Notes: generated from the sequence alone by a model not told the origin. A stretch of DNA of 63,869 nucleotides, filler included, from Octopus bimaculoides (GCF_001194135.2; 8 parts of 8 records of this genome joined end to end with filler, not necessarily neighbours in it), one strand, 5' to 3'; counted from the whole stretch's first letter, positions 14,688 to 26,197 are shown. Program-made: numbers and translations.

Positions 14688-14965
14688 GGCGGTGAGCCGG
14701 CAGAAACGTTAGTACGCCGGGCGAAATGCTTAGATAGATAGATAGATAGACAGACAAACACACGAGGGACATTGGAAAGTTCCTGGCTTTAAGGATAGTT
14801 CGTCTACTTTTACGTTCTGAGTTCAAAATTCCGCCGAGGTCGACTTTGCCTTTCATCCTTTCGGAGTCGATAAATTAAGTACCAGTTGCGTACTGGGTCG
14901 ATCTAATTGACTGACCACCTCCCCATAAGAAAATTGCGGGCCTTGTGCCTAGAGTAGAAAAAAAT
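14688..14965 (+). mobile_element. SINE family C interrupted by (AGAT)n and a mariner-like TIR fragment
   Basis: Head and body match the family; the insert at ~14731-14795 contains CGAGGGACATTGGAAAGTTCCTGGCTTTAAGG, similar to the TIR-like end at 40640-40690. Confidence 0.8.
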
Positions 14966-15076
14966 ATAACTGTTTTCTCTATATTTCTATGATTTCAGCA
15001 ACGCTATTACCACAGTACTTTTTCCTCGGACTCATAACTCCGGTTTCTTTTGGCCTGTATAAATGACTGAAAAACC

Positions 15077-15352
15077 ACTTGGCTTAGTGGTTAGGGTATT
15101 CAGCTCATGATCGTAAGATCGCGAGCTCGATTCCCAGCAACGCATTGTATCCTTTTGCAAGGCACTTTATTTCTTCCCTCTCAGCTAGGAAAGGTGAGTA
15201 GTACTTGTAGTTCAATGGGTCAAGCTTGTCAATTTCCGTGTGTCACGATGAATCTACTCTGAGAACTACGTTAAGGACAAAAGTGACTGTGGAGTACTCA
15301 GCCACTTGCAGATTAATTCCACTAGCAGGCTGCTCCGTTGATCGAACCAACT
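15077..15352 (+). mobile_element. SINE family B, degenerate
   Basis: GGCTTAGTGGTTAGGG head, and GAGAACTACGTTAAGG...GTGGAGTACTCAGCCACTTGCA...GCTCCGTTGATC tail as in 16651-17033. Confidence 0.7.
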
Positions 15353-15420
15353 AGAAAATTTGTCCATTATTTACATCATTTACATTCGACGGATATTTGT
15401 CCTCATCTTGTCCTCATCAC

Positions 15421-15612
15421 AGGCATATCACGTAGTGGTTAAGACGGCGGGCTACTAACCCCAAGATTCCGAGTTCGATTCCAAGCAATGACCTGAACAC
15501 TAATAAATAATAATAATAATAATAATAATAATACCGAAAAATACCTTAGGAATGAGAACCCAGGTTCGAAATTTCCGCAAGACACCTGAAGAAGGCTGGA
15601 CGGTATATCAGC
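15421..15612 (+). mobile_element. Composite element: tRNA-like head + (AAT)n + PLE-type tail with a truncated hammerhead
   Basis: A-box CGTAGTGG, B-box GAGTTCGATTCC, loop CTACTAA; then (AAT)n, CGAAAAATACCTT, and CAC-CTGAAGA-A-GGCTG...CAGC (GAAA missing). Confidence 0.7.
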
Positions 15613-15828
15613 GCACACTTCAAAGTGAGAGCCAATATATCACTTCCTGGTCCAATGACACTTTCAGAGCTCATATTCAATCGTGGCCTACTGAGAAGCA
15701 TAGCGTTGTCCATCAGATAATCTATTGCGGTAGACACGTGTCACTTCCCTGGGTGTGTATTCTTGACCATCAGTCAAATAGTATGATGCATTTGTCGGAG
15801 CAGTGTCCTCATCTTGATTGTTACTTTT

Positions 15829-15870
15829 CACTTCGTTTCGGCTGTTGTACGCTCCGGCTTTCTTCGGGTG
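15829..15870 (-). ncRNA. Degenerate minimal type-I hammerhead ribozyme motif
   Basis: Reverse complement CAC-CCGAAGA-A-AGCCGGAGCGTACAACAGCC-GAAA-CG-AA-GTG; stem I CAC/GTG; core mutated at U4 and the cleavage triplet. Confidence 0.5.
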
Positions 15871-15956
15871 TCTTGTGAATCATTTTAGTGCCTTGCGTAG
15901 GATTGAACTCTGAACCTCTACGTGACTGCACTGCATTAATACAGTGCATCACAAAA

Positions 15957-16050
15957 CTCCTGATGAAGCCGAAAGGTTGCGAAAGCAACAATCAAGCTGA
16001 AGACATCAGTCTAATACATAATATAAAAGTTCCTCATCTCAGAAGTATAG
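15957..16050 (+). mobile_element. PLE pseudo-LTR fragment with a hammerhead core lacking stem II
   Basis: CTGATGAAGCCGAAAGGTTGCG followed by AACAATCAAGCTGAAGAC, homologous to the 15800-15870 copy with the AGCC..AGCC interval deleted. Confidence 0.5.
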
Positions 16051-16422
16051 AATCAAGTTAAAGAATAATACTGAAGGCGCTTCTTTCTTAAGTCATCTGA
16101 GGTAATTATACACCGAGAGTCGAATTACATTCGTGGATGTACTACGACACTTGATGGTTAGTGTACGTCGTTAAAGAAATTTTGTGTGACATTTAAAAGC
16201 TGTTTTAATCGATGTTAATCACCTGCTACCTGGTTTCTGTTTAAATTAAAGGCGGTCCATATCACTATTGATGTTGAAATTTCTGGCGGTGGTTATTAAT
16301 TTTCATCCATGCCTAAAATAATCTCCAAAATAAAACATATTGTCTTGTGAAAGTCAGCTGCCTACGTGCAGTCGATATGCTAAAGAAATTGCCACTTGTA
16401 AACCAATATGGGTGACTTCGAA

Positions 16423-16540
16423 GGCGGCGAGCTGGCAGAAACGTTAGCACGCCGGGCGAAGTGCTTAGCGGTATTTAGTCTGCCGTTACGTTCTGAGTTC
16501 AAATTCCACCGAGGTCGACTTTGCCTTTCATCCTTTCGAG
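16423..16540 (+). mobile_element. SINE family C, 3'-truncated
   Basis: GGCGGCGAGCTGGCAGAAACGTTAGCACGCCGGGCGAAG...GAGTTCAAATTCCACCGAGGTCGAC. Confidence 0.85.
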
Positions 16541-16650
16541 CTTACCATTTCCAGAAATTATCATTCATAGAGTATGTATCTATTTGTAGAAAACACAGAA
16601 ATCTCAAAGGACATCGAATTATCGCAAGACTGTTATTAGTAATAGAAAAT

Positions 16651-17033
16651 GTGGAGGCGCAATGGCCCAGTAATTAGGGCAGCAGACTTGCGGTCATAAG
16701 TTCGCGGTTTTGATTCCCAGACCGGGCGTTGTGAGTGTTTATTGAGCAAAAACACCTAAAGCTCCACGAGCCACCGGCAAGGGTTGGTTGCGAACCCCGC
16801 TGTAATCTTTCACCACAACGTTCTCTCACTCTTTTTTCCTGTTTCTGTTGTATCTGTATTTAAAAGGGCCAGTCTTGTCACACTCTGTTTCACGCTGAAT
16901 CTCCCTGAGAGCTACGTTAAGGAGTACACGTGTCTGTGGAGTGCTCAGCCACTTGCACGTTAATTTCACGAGCAAGCTGTTCCGTTGATCGGATCAACTG
17001 GAACTCTCGTCGTCGTAACCGACGGAGTGCCAC
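16651..17033 (+). mobile_element. tRNA-derived SINE family B, full length (~380 bp)
   Basis: Head GTGGAGGCGCAATGGCCCAG..TTAGGGCAGC with a B-box-like GGTTTTGATTCC; highly similar copies at 55746-56129 and 60926-61296. Confidence 0.9.
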
Positions 17034-17546
17034 GACGAAAAGAAAATCGCTTATGCAGACATGAAGTAACTTCAAGTGAAACAATGATTTCTGTAAAGGA
17101 TAGTTTATTTAGAGTTGGTCATATAACCATAGACAATTAATACGGCAACAGCGCTAGGAAGTATTTGCCTTATTCGTTGTTAACTAGCCGTATTAGATTC
17201 CTGGTCACTGCAGTTTGAGACCTCCGCATTGTAGAATTTCTTAATATTAATATCAAAACACAAATAAAGAGTGGAGTGTAGGTACAAACACACAACTAGA
17301 ACCAGTAATGCATCGGAGAGAACATAAACAAGCGTAATTAAGTACTTTACAGTATGTAGTCACGTTCATTCGCGTTCCGACTTTAAATCGTGCCAAGCTG
17401 ATTTCCTTTTCAGCCATCCGGTTTCCTAAATATAAAGTATCAGCCAAATATTTTTTGCTTGTTACAGTCATTGGTCTGCAGCCATGCCGCAGTGGTTTTA
17501 ATCGAAAGATTGAGTTGAGTGCTCAATTTCAAGTCTGGTATTTATT

Positions 17547-17870
17547 CTATCTGTTTCTTGTGCCGGACAGTTTATTTACAGGGACGTTAACAAACCAACA
17601 CCGGTTGTCATATGATGGGTAGGTACACTATCTGTTTCTTGTGTCGGACAGTTCATTTACAGGGACGTTAACAAACCGACACCGGTTGTCAACTGGAAGG
17701 TAGGCACACTATCAGTTTCTTGTGCCGAACATTTAATTTACAGTGACGTTAACAAACCAACGTCGGTTGTCAAATGACGGGTAGGCACACTATCAGTTTC
17801 TTGTGCCGAAAAGTTCATTAACAGGGACGTTAACAAACCAACGCCGGTTGTCAAGTGGTGTAGGTACAAA
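17547..17870. repeat. 4 x 81-bp tandem repeat derived from the SINE-A tail
   Basis: CTATC[T/A]GTTTCTTGTG starts at 17547, 17628, 17709 and 17790; each unit holds G[G/T]GACGTTAACAAACC..CGGTTGTCA. Confidence 0.9.
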
Positions 17871-17971
17871 CACACTTCTCTTAGGTACCTGAAAACCACG
17901 TGGATACAAAGTGAGATCCTTAACCACGCAGCCATTACTGCGCCTATTAGAGCTTTGAATACGGGCTTAAA

Positions 17972-18175
17972 GGCGGCGAGCTGCCAGAATTATTAACACG
18001 CCGGACAAAATGCTTAACGGGCATTTCGTCCGTCTTTACGTTCCGAGTTCTAATTCCACCGAAGTCGACTTCGCCTTTTATGTTTTCGGGGCCGATAAAA
18101 AAAAAAAATACCAGTTGAACACTGGGGTCGATTTCCACAAAATTTCTGGCCTTGTGCCGAAATTTGAAATCAATA
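17972..18175 (+). mobile_element. SINE family C
   Basis: Family head and body as at 14688 and 16423. Confidence 0.85.
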
Positions 18176-18596
18176 TACATCGGCTTCGTTCCAAAATAAA
18201 TAAATAAAACAAATAAGGCGTTATGCCAATTCTACGAATTATAATTATGCAAACGAAATCTGAGTTGGTTTTCCATGTCACAGGCAATAAAATAAGATTA
18301 CCCAAACCTACTCTCAGTGTTTAACATATCAATTCAATGAGTGCCTGAGTTCATATCTAGTTCGAGTTTACGGATGTAAAAGAAACAGCAAATGAGGTTT
18401 CTAAGGCTTTGTATACTGTCTGATTCCATAGGTGATGTCGTATTCGTGGGAGCGATTAGACATGAAGGGTGATATTGCTTCACCTAGTTACCCAGGGATA
18501 CTTAATGTTCAGAGATCTTTGTTGCCCTCAGTGGAATATTGAGCAAAAGGTTTTGTATTTGCTGTGCTAACAATCGAGCTGCACATCTTGTAAGCA

Positions 18597-19018
18597 TTCT
18601 TTTACTTTTTTACTTGTTTCAGTCATTTGACTGTGGCCATGCTGGAGCAACGCCTTCAGTCGAGCTAATCGACTCCAGGACTTATTCTTTGTAAGCCTAA
18701 TACTTATTCTATCGGTCTCTTTTTGCCGAACCGCTAAATTACGGGGACGTAAACACACCAGCATCGGTTGTCAAGCGATGGGAGGGGGACAAACACAGAC
18801 ACACAAACATATACACACATACATATATATATATAATATATATATATATNNNNNNNNNNNNNNNNNNNNNNNNNNNNNNNNNNNNNNNNNNNNNNNNNNN
18901 NNNNNNNNNNNNNNNNNNNNNNNNNNNNNNGGCGTCTTTCAGTTTCCTTCTACCAAATCCTCTCACAAGGCTTTGGTCGTGGTCGGCCCGAGGTTATAGT
19001 AGAAGACACTTGCCCGAG
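18597..19018 (-). mobile_element. SINE family A (CORE-like, internal microsatellite), 5'-truncated
   Basis: TTTACTTGTTTCAGTCATTTGACTGTGGCCATGCTGGAGC tail and GTAGAAGACACTTGCCC core-like segment; same as 47978 and 63495. Confidence 0.85.
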
Positions 19019-19020
19019 TT

Positions 19021-19041
19021 CAAAGGTATTTTTCGATGTTG

Positions 19042-19107
<66 letters not shown>

Positions 19108-19180
19108 TCACTGCCTGGAATCGAACTCGGAATCTTGGGGTTAGTAACCCACGCTCTTAACCACTACGCCAATATGCCCG
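19021..19180 (-). mobile_element. Second copy of the tRNA-head + (AAT)n + CGAAAAATACCTT element
   Basis: Reverse complement GGGCATATTGGCGTAGTGGTTAAGAGCGTGGGTTACTAACCCCAAGATTCCGAGTTCGATTCCAGGCAGTGACCTGAA(TAA)n..CATCGAAAAATACCTT. Confidence 0.8.
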
Positions 19181-19229
19181 TGAGGTTTTATTAAGATTAA
19201 TCCGATTCTATTTTTAACAGCTCCTACAT

Positions 19230-20240
19230 TAGAGCTACGTCAGAAGATGAAGTTTCAATATATTTAATGTCTGTGGACTGGTGGGACATAATAAATATTC
19301 TTTAAATTAGGTTATGCTCTCTATACATAAAGTTGTGCACAAAGATGACAAGCAGATTGTTCTCTCTCACGACATGAACAGCTAGTAAGTACCGCGACGA
19401 ATTTAGAAAAATTGCTTAAATGGAAACATTTGAATATTTCACTATTAAATTCTCTTCAGAACTAACCTTAAAGATTTTAAACTTTTTAAATATCAAAGCA
19501 GTCTGACCAGCGGATTAGAAAGCAAAGCAAAGGCGTATTTTACATAGAAACCGCCATTTACAATTATAGCAATCAAGTTAAAAAGATTAGAAGTAAAGTA
19601 TGCAGTATATTCTCCTGCAGACAAACAAACAATAAAAAATTACATATTACTACTAGTTCTGCACATTAATACGTTGATGTACTAAGGAAAGTGCTTTGAT
19701 GCAATGCTGCACCAAGAAGATTTAAAGAATGAAAACAGAAGACGAAATATATATGTAAAAACAACAAGTAGAGAATAATAAACAATAAAAAGAAACATTC
19801 TTTGGTTCAATCCACTCTGTAGTATGAATGTAGCATCCAATACTACTTAGAAAGTGCTAAATATTTGTAAAAAAAACAACAGTATTTTCCTATTTGCTAT
19901 TACACAAAATGAACGTAAAACTTAAATGCAACAAAAACATTGCCACTCATAGAGCTGGAAGCAACAGGAACATCAAAAAACCGACGACAAACTCATCAAC
20001 TGAATGCAACTGAAGTAACACGATGCTGCATTCACTCTGTGGCAATTACTTAGCAAAGGCTACAATTAACCGAGAAATGGAAATGAGGAAGACTGCATCC
20101 GTCTCGCGAAAAATACGGTCAAGATCAAATACATTAATGTCTACTACCTAAGAAGAAAAACATATCTTCCTCTCGTTATCAAAGTACATCTGGAGCCTGA
20201 AGGAGATAATTATTATTATAAAGATTACCTATTTTATATT
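19230..20240 (+). pseudogene. Decayed Penelope-like element: RT C-terminal part + GIY-YIG endonuclease
   Basis: Frameshifted motifs read by eye: CGLVG (19272), YRDE (19390), NLKxxNFLNI (19464), KRNILWFNP (19788), CN..C..GN, CIRLAKNTVK (YIG-like, 20094), LSKYIWSLK (20176). Confidence 0.75.
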
Positions 20241-20380
20241 CAATGGGCTTCTAGACAGCTTCTGCCTAGCTCCAGACAGCTTCTGCCTAGCTCAGTCGGT
20301 TGAGCGTCAGAATTTTATGAAAGGTCACGTGATAAAATCATGGGATTCCTGCAGACGACAATATTTTATAGGCGCCGGCT

Positions 20381-20700
20381 TGGCTGTGAGGTTAATAAGC
20401 TCACTTTGCAACCACGTGGTTTCACCTTACTCCTTAAGCAAGTCTTTTCTACTAAAGCTCCGGGCTGACTAATTCCTTGTGAGAGAATCTGCTAGACGGA
20501 GAATGTGTAGAAGCCCTTTGAATATTTGTCTGTATGCACGTAGGTACGTGTATGTGTGTCGTTGTGTTTGCGCATCCCATCACCGCTTGACAACTAGTGT
20601 TGGTTTGTTTACATCCCCCGTTAATTATTCCGCAAAAGAGATGAATGTACCGGGAACGTCGTGGAGGCGGTACAAAGCAAGCTAACTCTAAAGGGTAGAA
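20381..20700 (+). mobile_element. SINE family A, degenerate
   Basis: GGCTTGGCTGTGAGGTTAATAAGC head and CATCACCGCTTGACAACTAGTGTTGGTTTGTTTACATCCCC tail. Confidence 0.65.
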
Positions 20701-23596
20701 GCCACCCTGGTTACGACAAAAAGACAGACGGTAGAAACAGCACGCCAATAGGGTACAGGTGATTGTGTGTAGATTAGCAATTCCATTGCAACATGTAATT
20801 TTCTTTGTTGAAAATTAAATAATTGAATGGAGTCGCCGGTTTAATTAACCGTCTGGCGAAATTTGAAGTCCCAATTAANNNNNNNNNNNNNNNNNNNNNN
20901 NNNNNNNNNNNNNNNNNNNNNNNNNNNNNNNNNNNNNNNNNNNNNNNNNNNNNNNNNNNNNNNNNNNNNNNNNNNNNNNNNNNNNNNNNNNNNNNNNNNN
21001 NNNNNNNNNNNNNNNNNNNNNNNNNNNNNNNNNNNNNNNNNNNNNNNNNNNNNNNNNNNNNNNNNNNNNNNNNNNNNNNNNNNNNNNNNNNNNNNNNNNN
21101 NNNNNNNNNNNNNNNNNNNNNNNNNNNNNNNNNNNNNNNNNNNNNNNNNNNNNNNNNNNNNNNNNNNNNNNNNNNNNNNNNNNNNNNNNNNNNNNNNNNN
21201 NNNNNNNNNNNNNNNNNNNNNNNNNNNNNNNNNNNNNNNNNNNNNNNNNNNNNNNNNNNNNNNNNNNNNNNNNNNNNNNNNNNNNNNNNNNNNNNNNNNN
21301 NNNNNNNNNNNNNNNNNNNNNNNNNNNNNNNNNNNNNNNNNNNNNNNNNNNNNACAAAAAAACCCTAGAGGGATATTTTTTCGTCTAATTGCGTGGATAA
21401 TCACACTTGATCGAAGTTTCTCAACACACTATATTACATATATGAGAGAGCCTACCACATTAGTATTTAGTCTGCAGTGCGTTCCCTTGAGGTAATTTCT
21501 GGCAGCCATATTGATCACGTATCATTCTACCAAGAATATATTCTCACTATGTACATCCGTGTGCCGGTGTCTATATGAATGTGAACGTATTTATACACCC
21601 TCGTATTAGTGTTTGTGTATGTGTGTATTTATTTCAGAGCGATTTTTCAGAGCGTTTATGTGTATTTATGTTTGTGTTTCGGCGTATGTTTCTACTTACG
21701 TACTGGTGTACACATTCAGAACGCCAGACATAAGAGTTAACAGGGAAAGACAATAACTGTAGGCAAAAACTAGATAGAAAGCTTCCATTATAATGAAATT
21801 ATTGCAATTTTAAACATAGCTGCAGCCATAAAACTGCACATTTAAATGTTAATCTAGAATACGATATGTAAATATGTAAATATATATGTGTAATATGCCA
21901 GCAAATAGATGTTAATTATTTGAATGTGATGTTTAGAAATTGAGAGATGATACATGTCTGAAGGAGCTGGATTCTGCCATTTATTTGAATAGGTCTACGT
22001 ATGTGATACGTGCATATGTGAACTGGAGTTTGTTTAGATTTGGTTTTGCTTCAGTGTAAATGTGTGTATATGTGCGTACGTGTGTGTGTGTGGGGGGGGG
22101 CATGCGTTTCATATATATATGTATGCAAGAATAAATGTCACTATATAGTTTGATTGGATATTAACTAAATATTAAAACTATACTTTATGCATGCGTGTAG
22201 TATATATNNNNNNNNNNNNNNNNNNNNNNNNNNNNNNNNNNNNNNNNNNNNNNNNNNNNNNNNNNNNNNNNNNNNNNNNNNNNNNNNNNNNNNNNNNNNN
22301 NNNNNNNNNNNNNNNNNNNNNNNNNNNNNNNNNNNNNNNNNNNNNNNNNNNNNNNNNNNNNNNNNNNNNNNNNNNNNNNNNNNNNNNNNNNNNNNNNNNN
22401 NNNNNNNNNNNNNNNNNNNNNNNNNNNNNNNNNNNNNNNNNNNNNNNNNNNNNNNNNNNNNNNNNNNNNNNNNNNNNNNNNNNNNNNNNNNNNNNNNNNN
22501 NNNNNNNNNNNNNNNNNNNNNNNNNNNNNNNNNNNNNNNNNNNNNNNNNNNNNNNNNNNNNNNNNNNNNNNNNNNNNNNNNNNNNNNNNNNNNNNNNNNN
22601 NNNNNNNNNNNNNNNNNNNNNNNNNNNNNNNNNNNNNNNNNNNNNNNNNNNNNNNNNNNNNNNNNNNNNNNNNNNNNNNNNNNNNNNNNNNNNNNNNNNN
22701 NNNNNNNNNNNNNNNNNNNNNNNNNNNNNNNNNNNNNNNNNNNNNNNNNNNNNNNNNNNNNNNNNNNNNNNNNNNNNNNNNNNNNNNNNNNNNNNNNNNN
22801 NNNNNNNNNNNNNNNNNNNNNNNNNNNNNNNNNNNNNNNNNNNNNNNNNNNNNNNNNNNNNNNNNNNNNNNNNNNNNNNNNNNNNNNNNNNNNNNNNNNN
22901 NNNNNNNNNNNNNNNNNNNNNNNNNNATATATACATACATACATACAAATATATATACATATGTATGTGAGTGTATGTGTTTATTTAAGTATATTCATCT
23001 ATAATTATATATTGAAACGCACACGCATATTTATAAACACGCGTACATGCATGTGTGGGGTTAGTTTCGTGTGTATAGAACACTCAATGAATATTTACAT
23101 CGGTACATCTACAAAAATGAAAACTAACTCTTCCAATCATATACTTTGCCTTTATTAAGCAACTATATATATGCATATGTATAATCAAATATCTACGAAT
23201 ATATGAACAGTGACATATTATACATGAGCGTAGGAGCAGTTTAAGATGTGTGGTTATGAAGTTCGATTCGCGAATGCAGTGACAACAGAAACCAGGCAGG
23301 AATTGAAGTTCAGTGTGACTGGCCGATATGTCTCGAGAGCTGGGCTTGTCCGCCATTCAACGTCACATGAGCCAGAATGAAATCGAGTTGCTTGTGAGAT
23401 GTTTCTGCCACCAGGCGCACCTCGGTTCATTTGTATATACGGGCGTGTACAGACAAACACACACACACATACATACACACACAGAGAAATACATGCAAGC
23501 ACGGATGCATGTACACATACATATATACCTATGCTAAACTAGCTTCGCTCATTTGAATGCTTGAATGCTGCCATGTTAATTCAGTGCCCATAACGT

Positions 23597-23687
23597 GTGC
23601 ATGCATGCGTGTATGTGTGTGTGTACTCGTTTCTGTGTGTGCATGTGTGTGTGTGCATGCGTGCATGCGTGTATGTGTGTGTACCTG

Positions 23688-23718
<31 letters not shown>

Positions 23719-23862
23719 CTGTTTCTGTCTGTGCCTGTGTGTATGTGTGCGCCTGTTTCTCTGTGCGTGTGTATATATGTGTGTGCGCCTGTTTCTGTGT
23801 ATGTGTGTGCGTGTGTGCGTGCGTGCATGTATGCGTGTATGTATGTGTGCGTCCATTTCTGC

Positions 23863-23901
<39 letters not shown>

Positions 23902-23905
23902 TGCG
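23597..23905. repeat. Compound (TG)n/(TGCG)n low-complexity tract
   Basis: Direct; explains the C/V and H/T-rich ORFs. Confidence 0.9.
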
Positions 23906-24140
23906 CACGTCTACTTACATGAATACGTGTCTTCGTATGATACACGCTTGTTGGTTAATGGTTGGCAGACATAAACACTCACGTACACATACATATACAC
24001 ATACATACAAACATACACACACACACACACATTCACACACACATGTGTATATATATATACGCTTATATATATATATATATATGTATGCATGTGTAAATAT
24101 ATCCAGTGAATTTTTCATATGACATAGTTACGTGATATTC

Positions 24141-24180
<40 letters not shown>

Positions 24181-24249
24181 TGCCCTAGCTTTTCAGTAAC
24201 TCTCTTTCGTCCTTTCTTTTATTTCTTCAGAATCATGATAAATCTCAGC

Positions 24250-24431
24250 AGAAGCACTATGATGATGACGATGATGATGATGATGACGACGATGATGATG
24301 ACGCAGACGATGACGGTAATGATAGTGATGATGATGATGATGATGATGATAATGATGAAGATGATGATGATGATGATGAGGACGACGATGATGATCATAA
24401 TGATCATGATGATAATGACGATGATGATGAT
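24250..24431. repeat. (ATG)n/(ACG)n microsatellite
   Basis: Direct tandem. Confidence 0.95.
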
Positions 24432-24974
24432 NNNNNNNNNNNNNNNNNNNNNNNNNNNNNNNNNNNNNNNNNNNNTTAATTAATTAANNNNNNNNNNNNN
24501 NNNNNNNNNNNNNNNNNNNNNNNNNNNNNNNTAGTGTACTGGGTGTATTGTAAATGGGTAACTAAATAAAGCACTCCACCTGTCCACCCAGAGGTGAGAA
24601 ACTATCTTCTTAGTCAGGCCCCTATCTCATTGAGTCTGACCATATTCCATTCCTATTTCTCCTGATGCAACACATTGTTTGCAATGTCTCCCACTGGTTT
24701 ATCTCAGCAGATTTGATATCAAATTGCTCTTTAAACAAAACTATGAAAAGTCCTTGATAAAAAAGTAAAAACTAGGACAGTTATATAAAGAATACCTGTT
24801 CTCTGCACACTTGCCTGTAAGTGTGTGTGTGTGTGTGTGTACGTGTGTGTGTGTGTTTAAATGTGCACGTGTGTATGTGTATCTCTACATACGTACATGC
24901 ATGTATACATAGATATATCAATATCAAATTCTGTCTCTATATCTCTCTCTCTCCCTATATATGTCTATATACAT

Positions 24975-25330
24975 AAATATGAGAATGTGGGTCTGTTTGT
25001 CTGTGTCTGTCTGTCGGTCTGTCTGTCTGTGTGAATCCCTAAAACTCGAGAACTACACAACCAATTTCATTCAAATTTTACACATGCCTTACATAGGGTC
25101 CATGTAGTGTCATAGGCCAAAAACGTTTTTAACATCTTGCCTAGTGCAAGCCCAGAGCAATATCATATCTCCTCCACTATTTCAGTATTATGTGTCAAAA
25201 GTGAAACAATAACATCTCTCAATTGTAAAGTCAGATATTTTCATTTTAATAGTTTCACTTTAATACTGAAGCTATTAGAGTGAAACTATTATCTCACGTA
25301 TATACAGGCATACATACATATATACATACA
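24975..25330 (+). mobile_element. Non-autonomous Helitron/DINE-1-like element
   Basis: ATGAGAATGT start, (GTCT)n tract, then GTGAATCCCTAAAACTCGAGAACTACACAACCAATTTCATTCAAATTTTACAC; second copy at 53860-54240. Class assigned from the layout only. Confidence 0.6.
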
Positions 25331-25350
25331 TACATATATATAATATATGC

Positions 25351-25398
<48 letters not shown>

Positions 25399-25634
25399 TA
25401 TGTGTGTATACATCTGCACAAATGTATATATATATAGATGTATATATACATACATGTATATATATATATATAGATGTATATATACATGTATATATATATA
25501 GATGTATATGTATACATGTATATGTATAGCTGTATATGTATAGATGTATATATATAGATGTATATATATAGATATAGATGTAATATGCACACATATATAT
25601 ACACATATATACATGCATACATATATACACCCAT

Positions 25635-25665
<31 letters not shown>

Positions 25666-25671
25666 TAGGTG

Positions 25672-26010
25672 AAGGTGTGGCTGTGTGGTAAGAAACTTGG
25701 TTCCAACTCACATGGTCCTGAGTTCAGTACCACTGTGTAGTTCAGTACCACTGTGTAGTTCAGTACCACTGTGTAATGTATGTCTTCTGGTATAGCCTCA
25801 GACCAACCTAAACCTTGTGAGTGGATTTTGTAGACAGAAACTGAAAGAAATCAATCATATATATATGTATGTTTCTATGTAAGTGTATGTGTGTCTATGT
25901 CTCTGTGTTTCTCCCTCATCACTGCTTCACAACTGCTGTTCATTTATTTACATCCCCATAACTTACTGGTTTGACAAGAAGAAGCTGTTAGAATAAGTAC
26001 CAGGCTTGAA
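25672..26010 (+). mobile_element. SINE family A with a triplicated 18-bp B-box segment
   Basis: GTGTGGCTGTGTGGTAAG head; TTCAGTACCACTGTGTA[G/A] x3 at 25723, 25741 and 25759. Confidence 0.8.
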
Positions 26011-26014
26011 ATGC

Positions 26015-26197
26015 GGATAGAATGTGAATGGAATGTGAATGGAATGTGAATGGAATGTGAATGGAATGTGGATGGAATGTGGATGGCATGTGAATGGAAT
26101 GTCAGTGGAATGTGAGGAATGTAAATGGAATGTGAGGAATGTGAATTGAATGTCGACGGAATGTGAATGGAATCTTAGGAATATGAATGGAATGTGG
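26015..26197. repeat. 11-bp (GAATGTGAATG)n minisatellite; resumes at 27305-27350
   Basis: Direct tandem of GAATG-T-GAATG with variants. Confidence 0.85.

Noticed and set aside
15421-15500. Functional tRNA gene (also 16651, 19100 and other heads)
   Set aside because: A and B boxes are present but there is no proper acceptor stem, and they run into repeat bodies; SINE-type heads
17547-17870. CRISPR-like regular repeats (also 54440-55023)
   Set aside because: Whole units are homologous with no unique spacers, there are no cas genes, and the units derive from SINE or LINE tails
26015-26197. Homology to human satellite II/III or telomeric repeat
   Set aside because: Only a pentamer is shared; no TTAGGG array; convergence is sufficient
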